A stretch of DNA of 64,000 bases, from NCBI RefSeq assembly GCF_009914755.1, contig NC_060932.1; one strand, given 5' to 3'. The translations under genes and the position numbers were made by a program. Origin of the DNA: the human T2T-CHM13v2.0 reference genome, Homo sapiens. Below are positions 51,140 through 64,000 of the stretch, piece after piece (the stretch's first letter is position 1; the number at the start of each line of letters is the position of its first letter). The notes under the pieces were generated by a model. That model searched no databases and was not told the DNA's origin. It worked only from the letters and a program-made list of their open reading frames with translations.

Positions 51140-52990
51140 TACTATTGGTCTGTATGACTGTCATTATGTCAGTACCATATTGTTTTGATTACTGTAGCTT
51201 TGTAATACATGTTGAAATCAGGAAGTGTGATGTTTCCAGCTTTGTTGTTTTTTCTTATAATTGATTTGGCTATTTGTGGCCTTTTGTGGTTCCATATAAA
51301 TTTTAGAATTGTGTTTTCTATGCCTGTAAAAAAACAAACAAACAAACAAACAAACAAAAAACTGCTATTGGGATTTTGATAGGGATTGTAGCCAAGCAGC
51401 TTGGCTTCAAAAATGCATTTTAAAACTTTTTTTCTCCTTTCTCTTTTCTCCTTAATCTCAAGATGTAACCTTGAAGCTAACTGCAGAAGCATTTCCCCTT
51501 AACCTTAAAATAAGACTTCATGTCCCTCTCTTTCCCATCATTATCTAACTGTATGCTAGTATCTAATTATGTGCTTACTTAAAGTTCTGGGACTTAATCT
51601 TGAGACAGGCAGACCAAACCCGGAAACCCTGCTTCAAAATTTCAGATAACCTCAAGGTAGCTAGTCAACAACTTGGCCATTGTTGAGATGATGCCAGCCC
51701 ATGCTCCAGGTGGACCAAGACCCAATATAGCAACCAAAACAAGACACGCAGATCTAGTACTTAGCGCGACTCCTGCTTGCCTTCCATATCAAGTCTCCCC
51801 TTTTTAAATACTTAGCTTCTTCCTAGAAATTCAAAGTGGTTACTTTGGATAGGGAATCTGGCCACTTCCCCATTACTAGTTTTGGTTAATAAAGTCACTT
51901 TCTTTCTACCAGATCTCTCTCTTGTTAATTGGACTCTGTAAGCAGTGAGTGGCCAGACCTGTGTTCAGTTACAAGATGACATTGAATCTTTAGGTTGCTT
52001 TGGATAGTATGAACATTTTAACAGTATTAATTTTTCCAATTTGTGAACTGCAGCCTGTAAGTTTTGATATATTGTGTTTTCATTTGTTTATATTGAGGTA
52101 TTTCTAATTTCCTTTTTGATTTCATTTTGACACAATGGTTGTTTAAAAGTGTGTTCTTTAATTTCCATGTATCTATAGATTTTTCAGTTTTTCTTTTGCT
52201 ATTGATTTCTGTGTCATTCCATTGTGGTCAGAAAAAATACTTGGTATGATTTCTACCTTCTTAAGTTGGTTAGGACTTTTTTTGTAACCTAGCATGTTAC
52301 CTACCTTGGAGAAAAATTTGGGGGCACTTAAGAAAAATGTGTATTCTGCCACTGCTGGGTGAAATGCTCCGTATGTATCTGTTAGGTCTGTTTGATCTAT
52401 AATATTATTCATGTCCTCTGTTTCCTTACTTATCTTCCGTATTGATGTCCTCTTCATTATTGAAAGTGTGGTATCGAAGTTTCCTACTATTACTGTATTG
52501 CTATCTATTTCTTCCTTCAGTTCTGTTAATGTTTGCTTTACATATCTAGGTGCTCTGATGTTGGATGCATATATATTTATAATTCTTATATCTTCCTGAT
52601 GGATTGACCTTTTTAATCATTGTATATGTCCTTCTTTGTCTCTTGTGATAGTTTTTGACTTAGAGTATGTTTTGTCTAAGGATAGCCACCCATGCATTCT
52701 TTTGGTTACCATTTGCTTAGAATACCTTTTTCTAGCCCTTCACTTTCACCCTGTATGTCTCACTAAGTCTAAAGTGAGTTTCCTGTGGAGTGCATGTAGT
52801 TGGGTATTTTGTTTGTTTTCCATTCAGCTACTCTATGTCTTTGGATTGGGAATTAATTCATTAAAATTCAGTGTAATAATTGGGAAGGGGAGGATTTAAT
52901 ATTGCGGTTTCATTAGTTGTTTTCTTTTAGTCCTATAGTCCTTTTGTCAGTCTTTTCCTTTCTTACTGTCCTCGTTTATGTTTTCTTGAT
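51140..52990 (-). mobile_element. Old L1M ORF2 remnant (endonuclease and post-RT segments) interrupted by an LTR
   Basis: ORF 52173-52457 translates to L1 EN motifs (DLTD.Y..FHP...EYTFF.S, IIPSIFSDHNG); ORF 51169-51492 ends with [15 protein letters not shown]...[21 protein letters not shown]. Confidence 0.9.
51387..51973 (+). mobile_element. ERV solo LTR nested in L1 (subfamily uncertain)
   Basis: TGTA...TTACA termini, internal AATAAA ('ttaataaagtcac'), probable 4-bp TSD ggat/agat; L1 sequence resumes in register after it. Confidence 0.85.
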
Positions 52991-54469
52991 TTTTTTTTTT
53001 TGTATTCATATGCTTTAATTCTTGTTGACATTTTTAGTATTATACCTTTTCATGGGTTTTGGAATTTTCGTTTGCTGACTCATTTTGAGTGGGATGTTTT
53101 TACATTCACTTTTTATTACATTTTTTCCCTTTCTCTGGGCTTACTCTTGTTTTCCTTGAGGTTTTGTGATCACTTTTATCTGGTCTGAAAGACTTCCAGT
53201 CCAGACCCAGGTTTTATTATGTTCTATCAGCCACCCTTGCCAATGGTGATATTGGGGATATCACATACTCTGTTATCAAGCGAGCAGGTGGTTTGATTCT
53301 GTGCCTGGGTCTGAATCACATCTTTGTCAACTTTTCCCTCACAGGCTTAAATTTTTATAAAACTGCTTCTCTTAGTGTGTCGTGTTTTTTGTTGTTGTAG
53401 TTGTAGTTTTGTTTTTAGCTTCTTCTTATTAGCCCAACCTCCTTGTTTGGCTTTACAGTTAACCTGGCTTAGGTCTCCTTATCTCCAGTGAGCCAATTTT
53501 AGATTCTCTTATCCTGTAGGAGCAGAATGCCCAGCAGTCAGTGCTGGCTTCTAAATCTGGAGCCTTGCAGGTTCCCTGACTTCAGACTTACTCACTGCTT
53601 GTGATTCTAATGCGTTTCTAGTCCACAGAGATGTTTATCTGGTTCTTGGAAACAAACTATAAACATTTTTATGTTTACTTTTTATGTTTCATCTTTAATT
53701 ATCACGTTTGGAATAGGAGGAGTTTTATAATGGTGTGAATTTGCTGAATCATGTTGACCAGAAGTCTCACCATTACTTCTGAAGCATTTTAAAGCATATT
53801 TCTGTCCTAATTTCTTGTCCATAGCTCTGTATGATTCTGACCTTTGAAGACTATAATAAAGGTTCATCATTTTTTAATGTACTTATTGTTTATACTCATC
53901 ACTGAGAGAAAATAAGTTACATTACACAGTAGTCGAGAATAAACTTCTTTAATGGGTTTATGTGACTAAAATTGTAAAGGTCAGGGGAATTAATGGGAAA
54001 TTTGTTTTAATTATGCATTGATCACAAAACATAATATTGTTTTCTTTAAGGAACTGAACTTGCTGGATTCTGAATCATATTTTATTACTAAACAGAAACA
54101 AATAAACTCAGATTGATTTATTGACCCTGCTGTATGCCAGGCCTTGTGAGGAATACATGGGAAGGAAATAAAAAGGTCTCTGTCATTAGAAAGGCTGGTG
54201 TTTCTCAGCTGAAGGCTGAGGTTGGAGGGTCTCCTCCTCCCCTCTCCCCAGTAGAAATCTGTGAGAATCTGAAATAGGAGGCTTTTTAATTTTCAAACTA
54301 TGCACCCTATCTCCATTTCCCAGCCCCCTACCACCAGGGGAGTGTGTCTGTTGCCCCTCAACTGCTTCAGAACTACTATCAGAGCCACTTTTACCAAGAA
54401 CATACACCATAGCAATTGGACATTATGAAAACAATAAAATATGTAATTAAATTCTAAAATGAATTAGGA

Positions 54470-54690
54470 TGCTAGATGGATTGAGCATACACTGGATACT
54501 AGGCAATGCATTAGGACCTTCCTTACAATTGCTGTTACATCAACTCTGTGGACAGATGTTAACATCCATTTTTAGATACACAAAAGAGGGAGCGCAGAGA
54601 GCTCAAGCAGCTTGCTGAGGTTCCTAGTAAGTGGCAGAGGTGGACTTCAAATCCCGGCCTGCTTGCCTCTGAAACCCAGATCTTAATTAC
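54470..54690 (-). mobile_element. MIR SINE
   Basis: 'ccatttttagat...gcagagagctcaagcagcttgctgagg...tagtaagtggcagaggtggacttcaaatccc'. Confidence 0.7.
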
Positions 54691-55639
54691 TGTGTTGTAA
54701 TAAGAGGGAGAAAGACAAGGTTAAAATATGTCCTACTGTATTGTGGTTTACTGAAGGAATTTATGGAGATTAAAATTCATAAATTGTTATAGAGTTAAAA
54801 CAGATGAAATAATGCTTCTTTGACAGACCATTTAGTTTTTTCTTTCATCTTTAAACAACGCTGCACTAAAATTTGTCTGTAATGGCATAAAAAAAACCCT
54901 GATATTTGCCTTTTCTTCTCCATTCCCCATGCTTGTCAATCGTTACAGAGATTATGCTCAAATGTGATATCAGGAAATACTTTTAGTCCCCAGCTTAAGC
55001 TTCTCATTTCTATGTGAAATATGGCAGACTTTTGATGCTTTCTCTAAGGTCCCGTTCTGGATATTCTCCCTGTGTTCAAGGCCCTTTTAGGGAGAGAGCC
55101 AGTCTATGGCCAGTCTTGCCAACTCTGTAAATGCAATTTACATTCTTAAAATTCGCTATCACCAGGTCAAAACTAGCCCCTGGTGCATTTTGGGAAGCTT
55201 CAGTTCAAACACCTGAATTCATTTTCACCAATGCTACCTGGTTACCTTGTAACTCCAGAGTTTTTTAGAGAGGTTTTGTATATGATTGCTTGAGCTATAG
55301 CTTTTTCCCTTTTTGTAAGCTATTATTGAAATAAAAACGTAACTTACCTATTTCACGGTGTATGGATGTTTTTAAGTGGAATAAGTTCATGCTGTTTTAA
55401 CTTAGGTTCACCAAACAACATTTTTAGAATATTTTCACCTTTCTAAATAATGTGCTTTTGATTGATACTCCCTCTAATTCAAACTGGCAGTGCATAGTAC
55501 CCTAAACCAGTGCCCGCATAAGCAGTCTGTATAAAACATGCTTATGCTTTTCAGCTTCCCAAGTGAATCTTTCCTAGAGAGAATTGTTTTTTTTTTGAAT
55601 GTTTGAGGTCATCTTACAATAATTATGCATAATCAGTAA

Positions 55640-55805
55640 TGGAAACAATTTAAAGAGTTTACACTATGTGCCCGGAATATGATCATGATAAACAAGTCAT
55701 CTCATTTATTTCTTACAACACACTTTTTAAGGGTAGGTTCGTATTATCATTCCCACTTTACAGAGAGAGAAACAAAGGTTAGAGAGATTAAGTAACTTGC
55801 TCATG
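55640..55805 (-). mobile_element. MIR SINE
   Basis: 'atctcatttatttcttacaac...tattatcattcccactttacagagagagaaacaaaggttagagagattaagtaacttgc'. Confidence 0.8.
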
Positions 55806-58332
55806 TCAAGGTGGTAGTGAGAAATTATTGAAAGCACCCATTATGCCATGTGAGTAAGCAAAAACTGGCAGATTAATTTTTAGCATACTCAAATAAAAGG
55901 TCATGCATTAGAAAAAAAGCAGTCAAAAGTAGCTTCTGCCCCATCTTTAGTGAAGCATACAGAGGGATATGATTGAAATAGTCCTCAGCTCTGGGTCAAA
56001 CTCTCTGGCTTCTATTTTCAGGCCCTGCCACTTGGGCAAACATTCCTTCTCTGTGGAAAAGTAGAATGTTGGCCACAATCTCCTAAAGTCATTCTAGCTT
56101 TGATAGGGTGTGATTGTAGGAGCCTGCAAAGGAATCTAGAATCATTGTAGGTTTCCTAATGTCTGTAGCTCTATGCAATTAAAAAGATTGAGTAAATCTT
56201 GGGAGCTGTCAAGAAGGTTCTTACAGTTTATATATAACATACAAAAAAATGTATAGGATATATCATAGTTTTGCTTGCTACATCTCCAAAATCTAGTGGA
56301 ATTCAAGAAAGTTTCAGAAGGAACCACCAAAATGGCATGATGAGACTATTATAAGGGGTATAGCAATCTTTAGCCTGCAAATAGAGAAAAAAGTCTTATT
56401 TAGAAATGTCTACAAAATTATGATTGTTATGTATTTCATACTTAAGAAAGTAATTTTAGTTGAGATAAAATGAAGTACTGTTTTACACAGTGGATGATAA
56501 TTTTGTGGAACTTTCCATCTGTAGAATCAAAACATAAAAAATAAATGTGAAAACAGGCAAATGTAGAAATAACAGTCCATCATGGATTATCAAAGGACAC
56601 TATAAAGTATGGAGTTCTCCCCTAAAAGCTGGTATTGATAGGGATCTTAGTTATTATGCCTTCCTACTGTATGTGCCAGGGTTCCAATGGAAGTTGTCAA
56701 TACAGCATAGCTCCAATTCAGGAAGGCAAATTTTAAGTCATAAAAGGTTCTGTTTAGGATGGCAGATTTCCTTAATCATTAATTTTATTAGTAGTATAAT
56801 ATAATGTTAAATTTTTGTTTTGGTTCCAGTTGAAGAGCAGCATGATGATAGGAATTTGCACTAGAAAACAATACTAATATCACAGGAAAACATTAAGAGT
56901 TTCTTCTCTCTGAATAGTGGTCATAATAAGCCCATCCTTCCTTTTCATAGAGGTTGATGGTGTCTTTGGAGATGATCTATCTCACGGCCTCCTCAGGGCA
57001 GGTGTCCATTGTTTACCTGGCAGGTGTTCCTTGCACCTCTGCTTGAACACTGCCCATATTTGGCAGCTTATCCTCTGGGGAGTACTGTTCCCTTGTGGGA
57101 CTGCTCAGGTTTATTCTTTACTGAGCTCAAATCTATGTGCATATGCTCTTTCTCACTGGCCTGATTATTCCTTCAGGGCAAGTCTACTCTTCTTGCAGAT
57201 GAAGCATCTAGCCCCTTACAGTCTTCTCTTCTCCAGTGTAATATATTCTGCTGCTCTTCAAGCAGTGCATTTCTAGACACTGGAAAATCCTGTCAGTTCT
57301 TTTCTGACCACTGTCTCTTTTCCAAACTCTTTCCTCAGGTGTCCTGGACGGAAACAAAAGGGAGTAAAAAAGTGTTGGATTTATTTAGAATAAAAAGGGA
57401 GTATTACTTCACATAATCAACAGCATTATTTTATTTTTATCAATGAACCTTAAAATCTTTAAAAACATTTTCCCATGACTGAGATACTGTTAGCTCAATA
57501 TGCTTGTGGCCACCACCTGAGTTTCCTGATTGTTGCCAGACAGACCGCTATCAACTCACCCTCTCAAAGTGCAGTGTGTGCTTCAGATTTATCCCCACTG
57601 AATTATCTTGTCAGTTTTAAGCTATTATTTGTGCTTCAGGATATTTTACAATCTTGATTATTTGGTCCAACATATTAATGATTCATCTTATATTTTTATC
57701 ATCTTAAAATTCATAAGAATATCTCCAAGGTATTGATGGAAATGTTAAACAAGATTGTATCAAGGGCCGAGTTAAGTTAAGCAATGCTAACATTCAAAAC
57801 TTAATGAGAAATATAATTTAGTAAGAATGGTACTTTGATGCTTGTATTTCCTTTAATCTTGCTCTAATTTATAGCCTATTAAAATATACTGTTTATGCTA
57901 ATAAATACAAATTAAATTTTAAAATACATGTTTTTGTTTGTATTGTTTTTTCAAAAAATGCACAATTGAGAAAAAAAGTCCACTTTTCTTTCTTTTTTTT
58001 TAAGGTTTTCCACAGGTTGTGATTATTCAACACATGGCTACAATCGACTAATGAGATTTAACTGATTTAATGTATGATAATATAATCTAATGACAAGTCA
58101 AAATAATTAGGGGGACAGGGACAACCTCATGAGTGTTGACTTTAAAAATCTAAATCCACAACATGACAATAATGTCACAGTGTCCATTGATGAAGAAAGT
58201 GAACAGTCTTTTTTTAATGATGTTCTTTTATTTTAGTTGATTGCATTTAGAGAGAGGACAACTAAACTATTCATTCTCCTTTGTGGTATCTATTAAGTTT
58301 TAAAAATTACCTTGTCTTTCTGTTATTTTTTT

Positions 58333-59938
<1,606 letters not shown>

Positions 59939-61253
59939 TAAGCTAATTTTTATTTGTTCTCTCCAGCAGGTCTATCTTTATAACATTCAAGCTCCCCCTA
60001 CTCCTTATCCTTGGAGTTCACTTTTATGGGGACAAAAGATGAGTTTTCTGTGCTTTGGAAAGCATGATTATGCTTCATGTTAGCTTTGGAATTAGAAGAA
60101 ATCATTTTCGGACCATTTTTTTTGAGTTGTGATACACAAACATTATAAGGTTAATCAGCATTTTGGCTTATTAGTGGCCCTTGATTCTTAGGAAACTAAG
60201 ATAATTCTCTTTTTCCTGCAGATGTGACATTTGACTATGAATATTGAAGTTAAACTTCAATTCATTGTATTGTAAATGGAAAAGAAGAGTTTTTCATTTT
60301 AGGTATATATACATAATACATATATTCTTTTCCTTGGCTCTCATCATGTTTATATTAGATACAAAACTAGTTAACATGTCTAGTCTGGCATTTTTCCTCC
60401 AAGATATATAAATTCTAATAAAAAATAAGACAAGATTGGGGAATGGGGATAATAGTATTCTTTTAAACAAGGATGCAAGAAAATGAAATGTTTAATTTTT
60501 GCAACATCTCCTTTCTAAAACAAAATATACTGATGGAAATTTGGCTTGTTTCCTAGAGTCTCAACACAGGAGTTATTAACTGCGATGACCGGGCTAATAC
60601 TATGTGAGGTGGAGTATGATAAAAGGATTAAAAGCTAGAGGTACTGTGCTTGGATAGCAAGCTGGATGCTTGTGCAGGCATGGAGCCTTTCAAAGTAAAG
60701 TTGGCTCCTTGACACTCTGTCCTGCAGCTTGCGCTGATTTTTAAGATCATTGAAAATCAGGTCATTGAGAAGTCTTCTTTTAGGGATGTCTGTAACATTC
60801 TTTGACTGTCTTATGTTTAAGCTAGAATTTAAGCATCCAAATAAAAGTTGTTCTCAGGTGTCATCATCATAGGAAGCCATTCAGCTACCCTAAAGTTCAC
60901 TAAAAAGTCCTGGAACTTGAGGTGATTGACTTCTGACTCCCCATTGTCAGTGTGGTCCAGGGACATGGCAGGCAGGAGCCAACTGCTTAAGGTAGAAATG
61001 CTTTGAGTAACTTTCATTTAAACTGCACAGACTATCATGGCTGGGTATTTTTCAAAGCTACATAGGGTTCTGGAATTTTAGAAACCATTAGGGGCCAAGA
61101 AGAATCTGTCAGCTTATAGATCTAAATGTTCAAAATTTAAGTTAAAGCCTGTTTCTTTTGGTAGGAAGCACCTTGACTCCCATTTTTTATAATGAAAGAT
61201 TGATGATATCTCTATTAGCCTGTTTAAACTGAGCCATAAAAGAGTCTGTAGGA

Positions 61254-61550
61254 GGCCAGGTACAGTGGCTCATGCCTTTAATCTCAGCACTTTGGGAGGC
61301 TGAGGCAGGCAGATCACTTGAAGTCAGGAGTTCCAGACCAGGCCAACATGGTGAAAACCGGTATCTACTGAGAGTACAAAAATTAGCCAGGCCTGGTGGC
61401 ACGTGCCTGTAATCCCAGCTACTCAGGAGGATGAGGCATGAGAATCACTTGAACCTGGGAGACAGAGGTTGCTGTGAGCCAAGATCACACCTCTGCACTC
61501 CGGCCTGGGTGACTGAGTGAAACTGTGTCTCAAAAAAACAAAAAAAAAAA
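61254..61550 (+). mobile_element. Alu (AluSz/Sx-like)
   Basis: Full dimer with A tail; TSD agtctgtagg at 61243-61252 and 61551-61560. Confidence 0.93.
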
Positions 61551-61571
61551 AGTCTGTAGGGTACCAAATGC

Positions 61572-61937
<366 letters not shown>

Positions 61938-64000
61938 TAGTTGTAAGGAATGAGAAGTTTTAGCTGTGCACTGTACCATGCTTGGATTTGATTATGGGAA
62001 AGATGATCAATATTAACATAGAAGTTACCTAAACTCTCTGTGTCTTTTCCCTTACCTCAGGAAGTTCAAATACAATGTTGTAATTCAGCTCTTCTACTCT
62101 TCCTGTCCTCTCAAATGAGACAACTTATACTGTGGTTGCTGAGGCTAAATAGAGGAGGAATTCAAATACATGGTTCTTCTACTTAAGATCATCTCCAGTT
62201 GCATCAAATCATGACTTCTGGATGCAACCCAGTTGCCTCCATTTCATGAGAATGGTTTCCTTCCATAGACATTCTCTGCTGTTCCCCTATCATTGTCAAA
62301 TCAATGTTTAATCAATTCCAGCCATTTCTTGCAAATCCACTGCAATCACATTTTATAAATCTACCTAGTGCTTGGTTTTCATGCGCCGCAGATAAATTAG
62401 GTCCTTCTTGTTTTATCCTGAGCTATCAGTCTAGTAACATGCTCACAGCATGCAACCAGGAATAGGCATGATCTCCTTTTTGTGAGTCTAATCTGAGTGT
62501 CCTTTACAAGTAAGAGGGGATAGTCTGAGAGTGGAAACAGCTCTTTTCAGGACCAGCTGGGTGATCCATGAGCATTTGAACAGATGGCCCATTTTTGTGG
62601 GAAAGGATTCTGTATCCTACAAGCTAACACCCAACAGCTTCACTGAAAAAAAAAAAAAAAGCTTGAAGATAAGAAATCAATTCAAGAGGAACCCACATGT
62701 TTGCTGTGTTGCCTCTGAACACACCCTGTATGTCAAGAGCTTAGCTTTATTCTGTAGACCACCTAGTCAGAATCATTGGGGAGGAAAATATTTGTTCAAA
62801 CATAGTCCCTTTTGTCTGTGCTGGGCAATAGCACAATACATTCAGCAACCACCCTCTGAAAGCCAAGGCTTTGTCTCCAGTGGGGATTATGAAAACATGG
62901 ATTTCTTGAGAAGTGCCTGCCCACCTGTGTTTAGATTTTAAATTTTAGGAAGATGCTTGACAGCCAGAAAAGAGGTGCTCAGGGAAAAGTCTGTTGAGAT
63001 TATAGAGACTTTTTGAAAGACCATTACCTCCTTTAAAATGATTAGAATAGAAGAGGAATTCTTGAAAACTGGCATGGAATATCGTATTAGATGGAACCTT
63101 GGAAGGTTTTATTTATCCCTTCTCTTTTAGCTTTCTGTCTAAGGCCTCAGAATGTAGTCTATTTTAGAAAATCTCCAAGGCAGGAAATTTTTCATAACCT
63201 TTCCCCTGTTAGTCATTTTTTTTAACTTCAACAAAAGCCTGCATCAGAAGCTTCTTGCTCGCTTATATGACCCTAACGCTCACTGCTGCAGTCCAAGCCT
63301 GGCTTCCTTTGCACTTTCTTTTGCTGTTCATATTCTTCACAGTGGGACCTGTCTTAGCTGAAGCCCATTATTAGGTCACTCCTTGGCCTCTTCTCTAAGG
63401 CTAAATAATGAGTTATTTTTTTTTCTCCTTTTTTGGTACATCATATTTTTTCAACCATTTAATGATTTTTGTTGTTGAAAATTTGGGGATTTCCTGTGTC
63501 TGGAAATGCATTAGGCCTCAAACTTTGTACCCCTAAGACTTTTCCTGCTACCTTTTAAAAGACACCAAGTAAAATTAAGACTAGGAGAAGACAGCTGCTG
63601 CAATTTTTAAAAAATCACAAAAGCAAAAAAAAAAAAAAAAAAACCAAAAACACCGAGTAGCTGTCTTTCTGGTTTTTGATTGAGCAAGATATTTGTAAAA
63701 TGAAGCATACTTTATTGTCAGATGGGCCTGTTGTTTACTGACAATTGACCAACATGAATGTGGTCAGGTTTAGATGAATATCTATACAACTCACATAATT
63801 TTTAATGAAGGGAGTTAAAAGCTAAGCATGCCAAGAAAATAAGTATGACTCAAAAGTGGCCCTTTCTTAGTATATTGGATGTATTATGGCTTCTAGTTAC
63901 CAAGGGCCTTTGAAGATGACTGGGCCATTATTTTAATACTTTTTAATATGCTTCTGGATTCAATTATTGCAGATTTTTACAATTATATTTGATCTCTAGT

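Noticed and set aside
55516-55547. 9-bp stem-loop gcataagca...tgcttatgc followed by Ts
   Set aside because: Resembles a bacterial terminator, which is irrelevant here; such short stems are expected by chance.
56340-56520. Possible CR1/L3 remnant
   Set aside because: Only a short vague resemblance ('aagtactgttttacacagtgg...ttgtggaact'); cannot be supported without a Dfam search.

Overview
Human-type genomic DNA, AT-rich and CpG-depleted, with no CpG island. It reads as intronic or intergenic. Primate origin follows from Alu, THE1/MST and L1PA elements; an L1 3' end with the L1HS-Ta ACA/G diagnostics points to human. I cannot support any cellular protein-coding gene or structured RNA gene: the ORF track is explained by chance ORFs, simple repeats and decayed L1 ORF2 pieces. 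Much of the window is interspersed repeat (MIR, L2, L1M/L1PA/L1HS, Alu, MaLR/ERV solo LTRs, MER5/MER1/Tigger). I found no convincing new biological system. The best leads are an ~100-bp inverted duplication enclosing 2 kb and a candidate exon (46977-49195), a TSD-less L1HS-Ta (2282-2497), a 194-nt pyrimidine/GAA tract grown from an L1 tail, two Alus in one target site, a recombinant Alu monomer, a twin-primed L1, a tail-to-tail Alu pair and two microhomology-bounded tandem duplications. Repeat calls come from recalled consensus sequences, not a database search, so boundaries of old elements are approximate.
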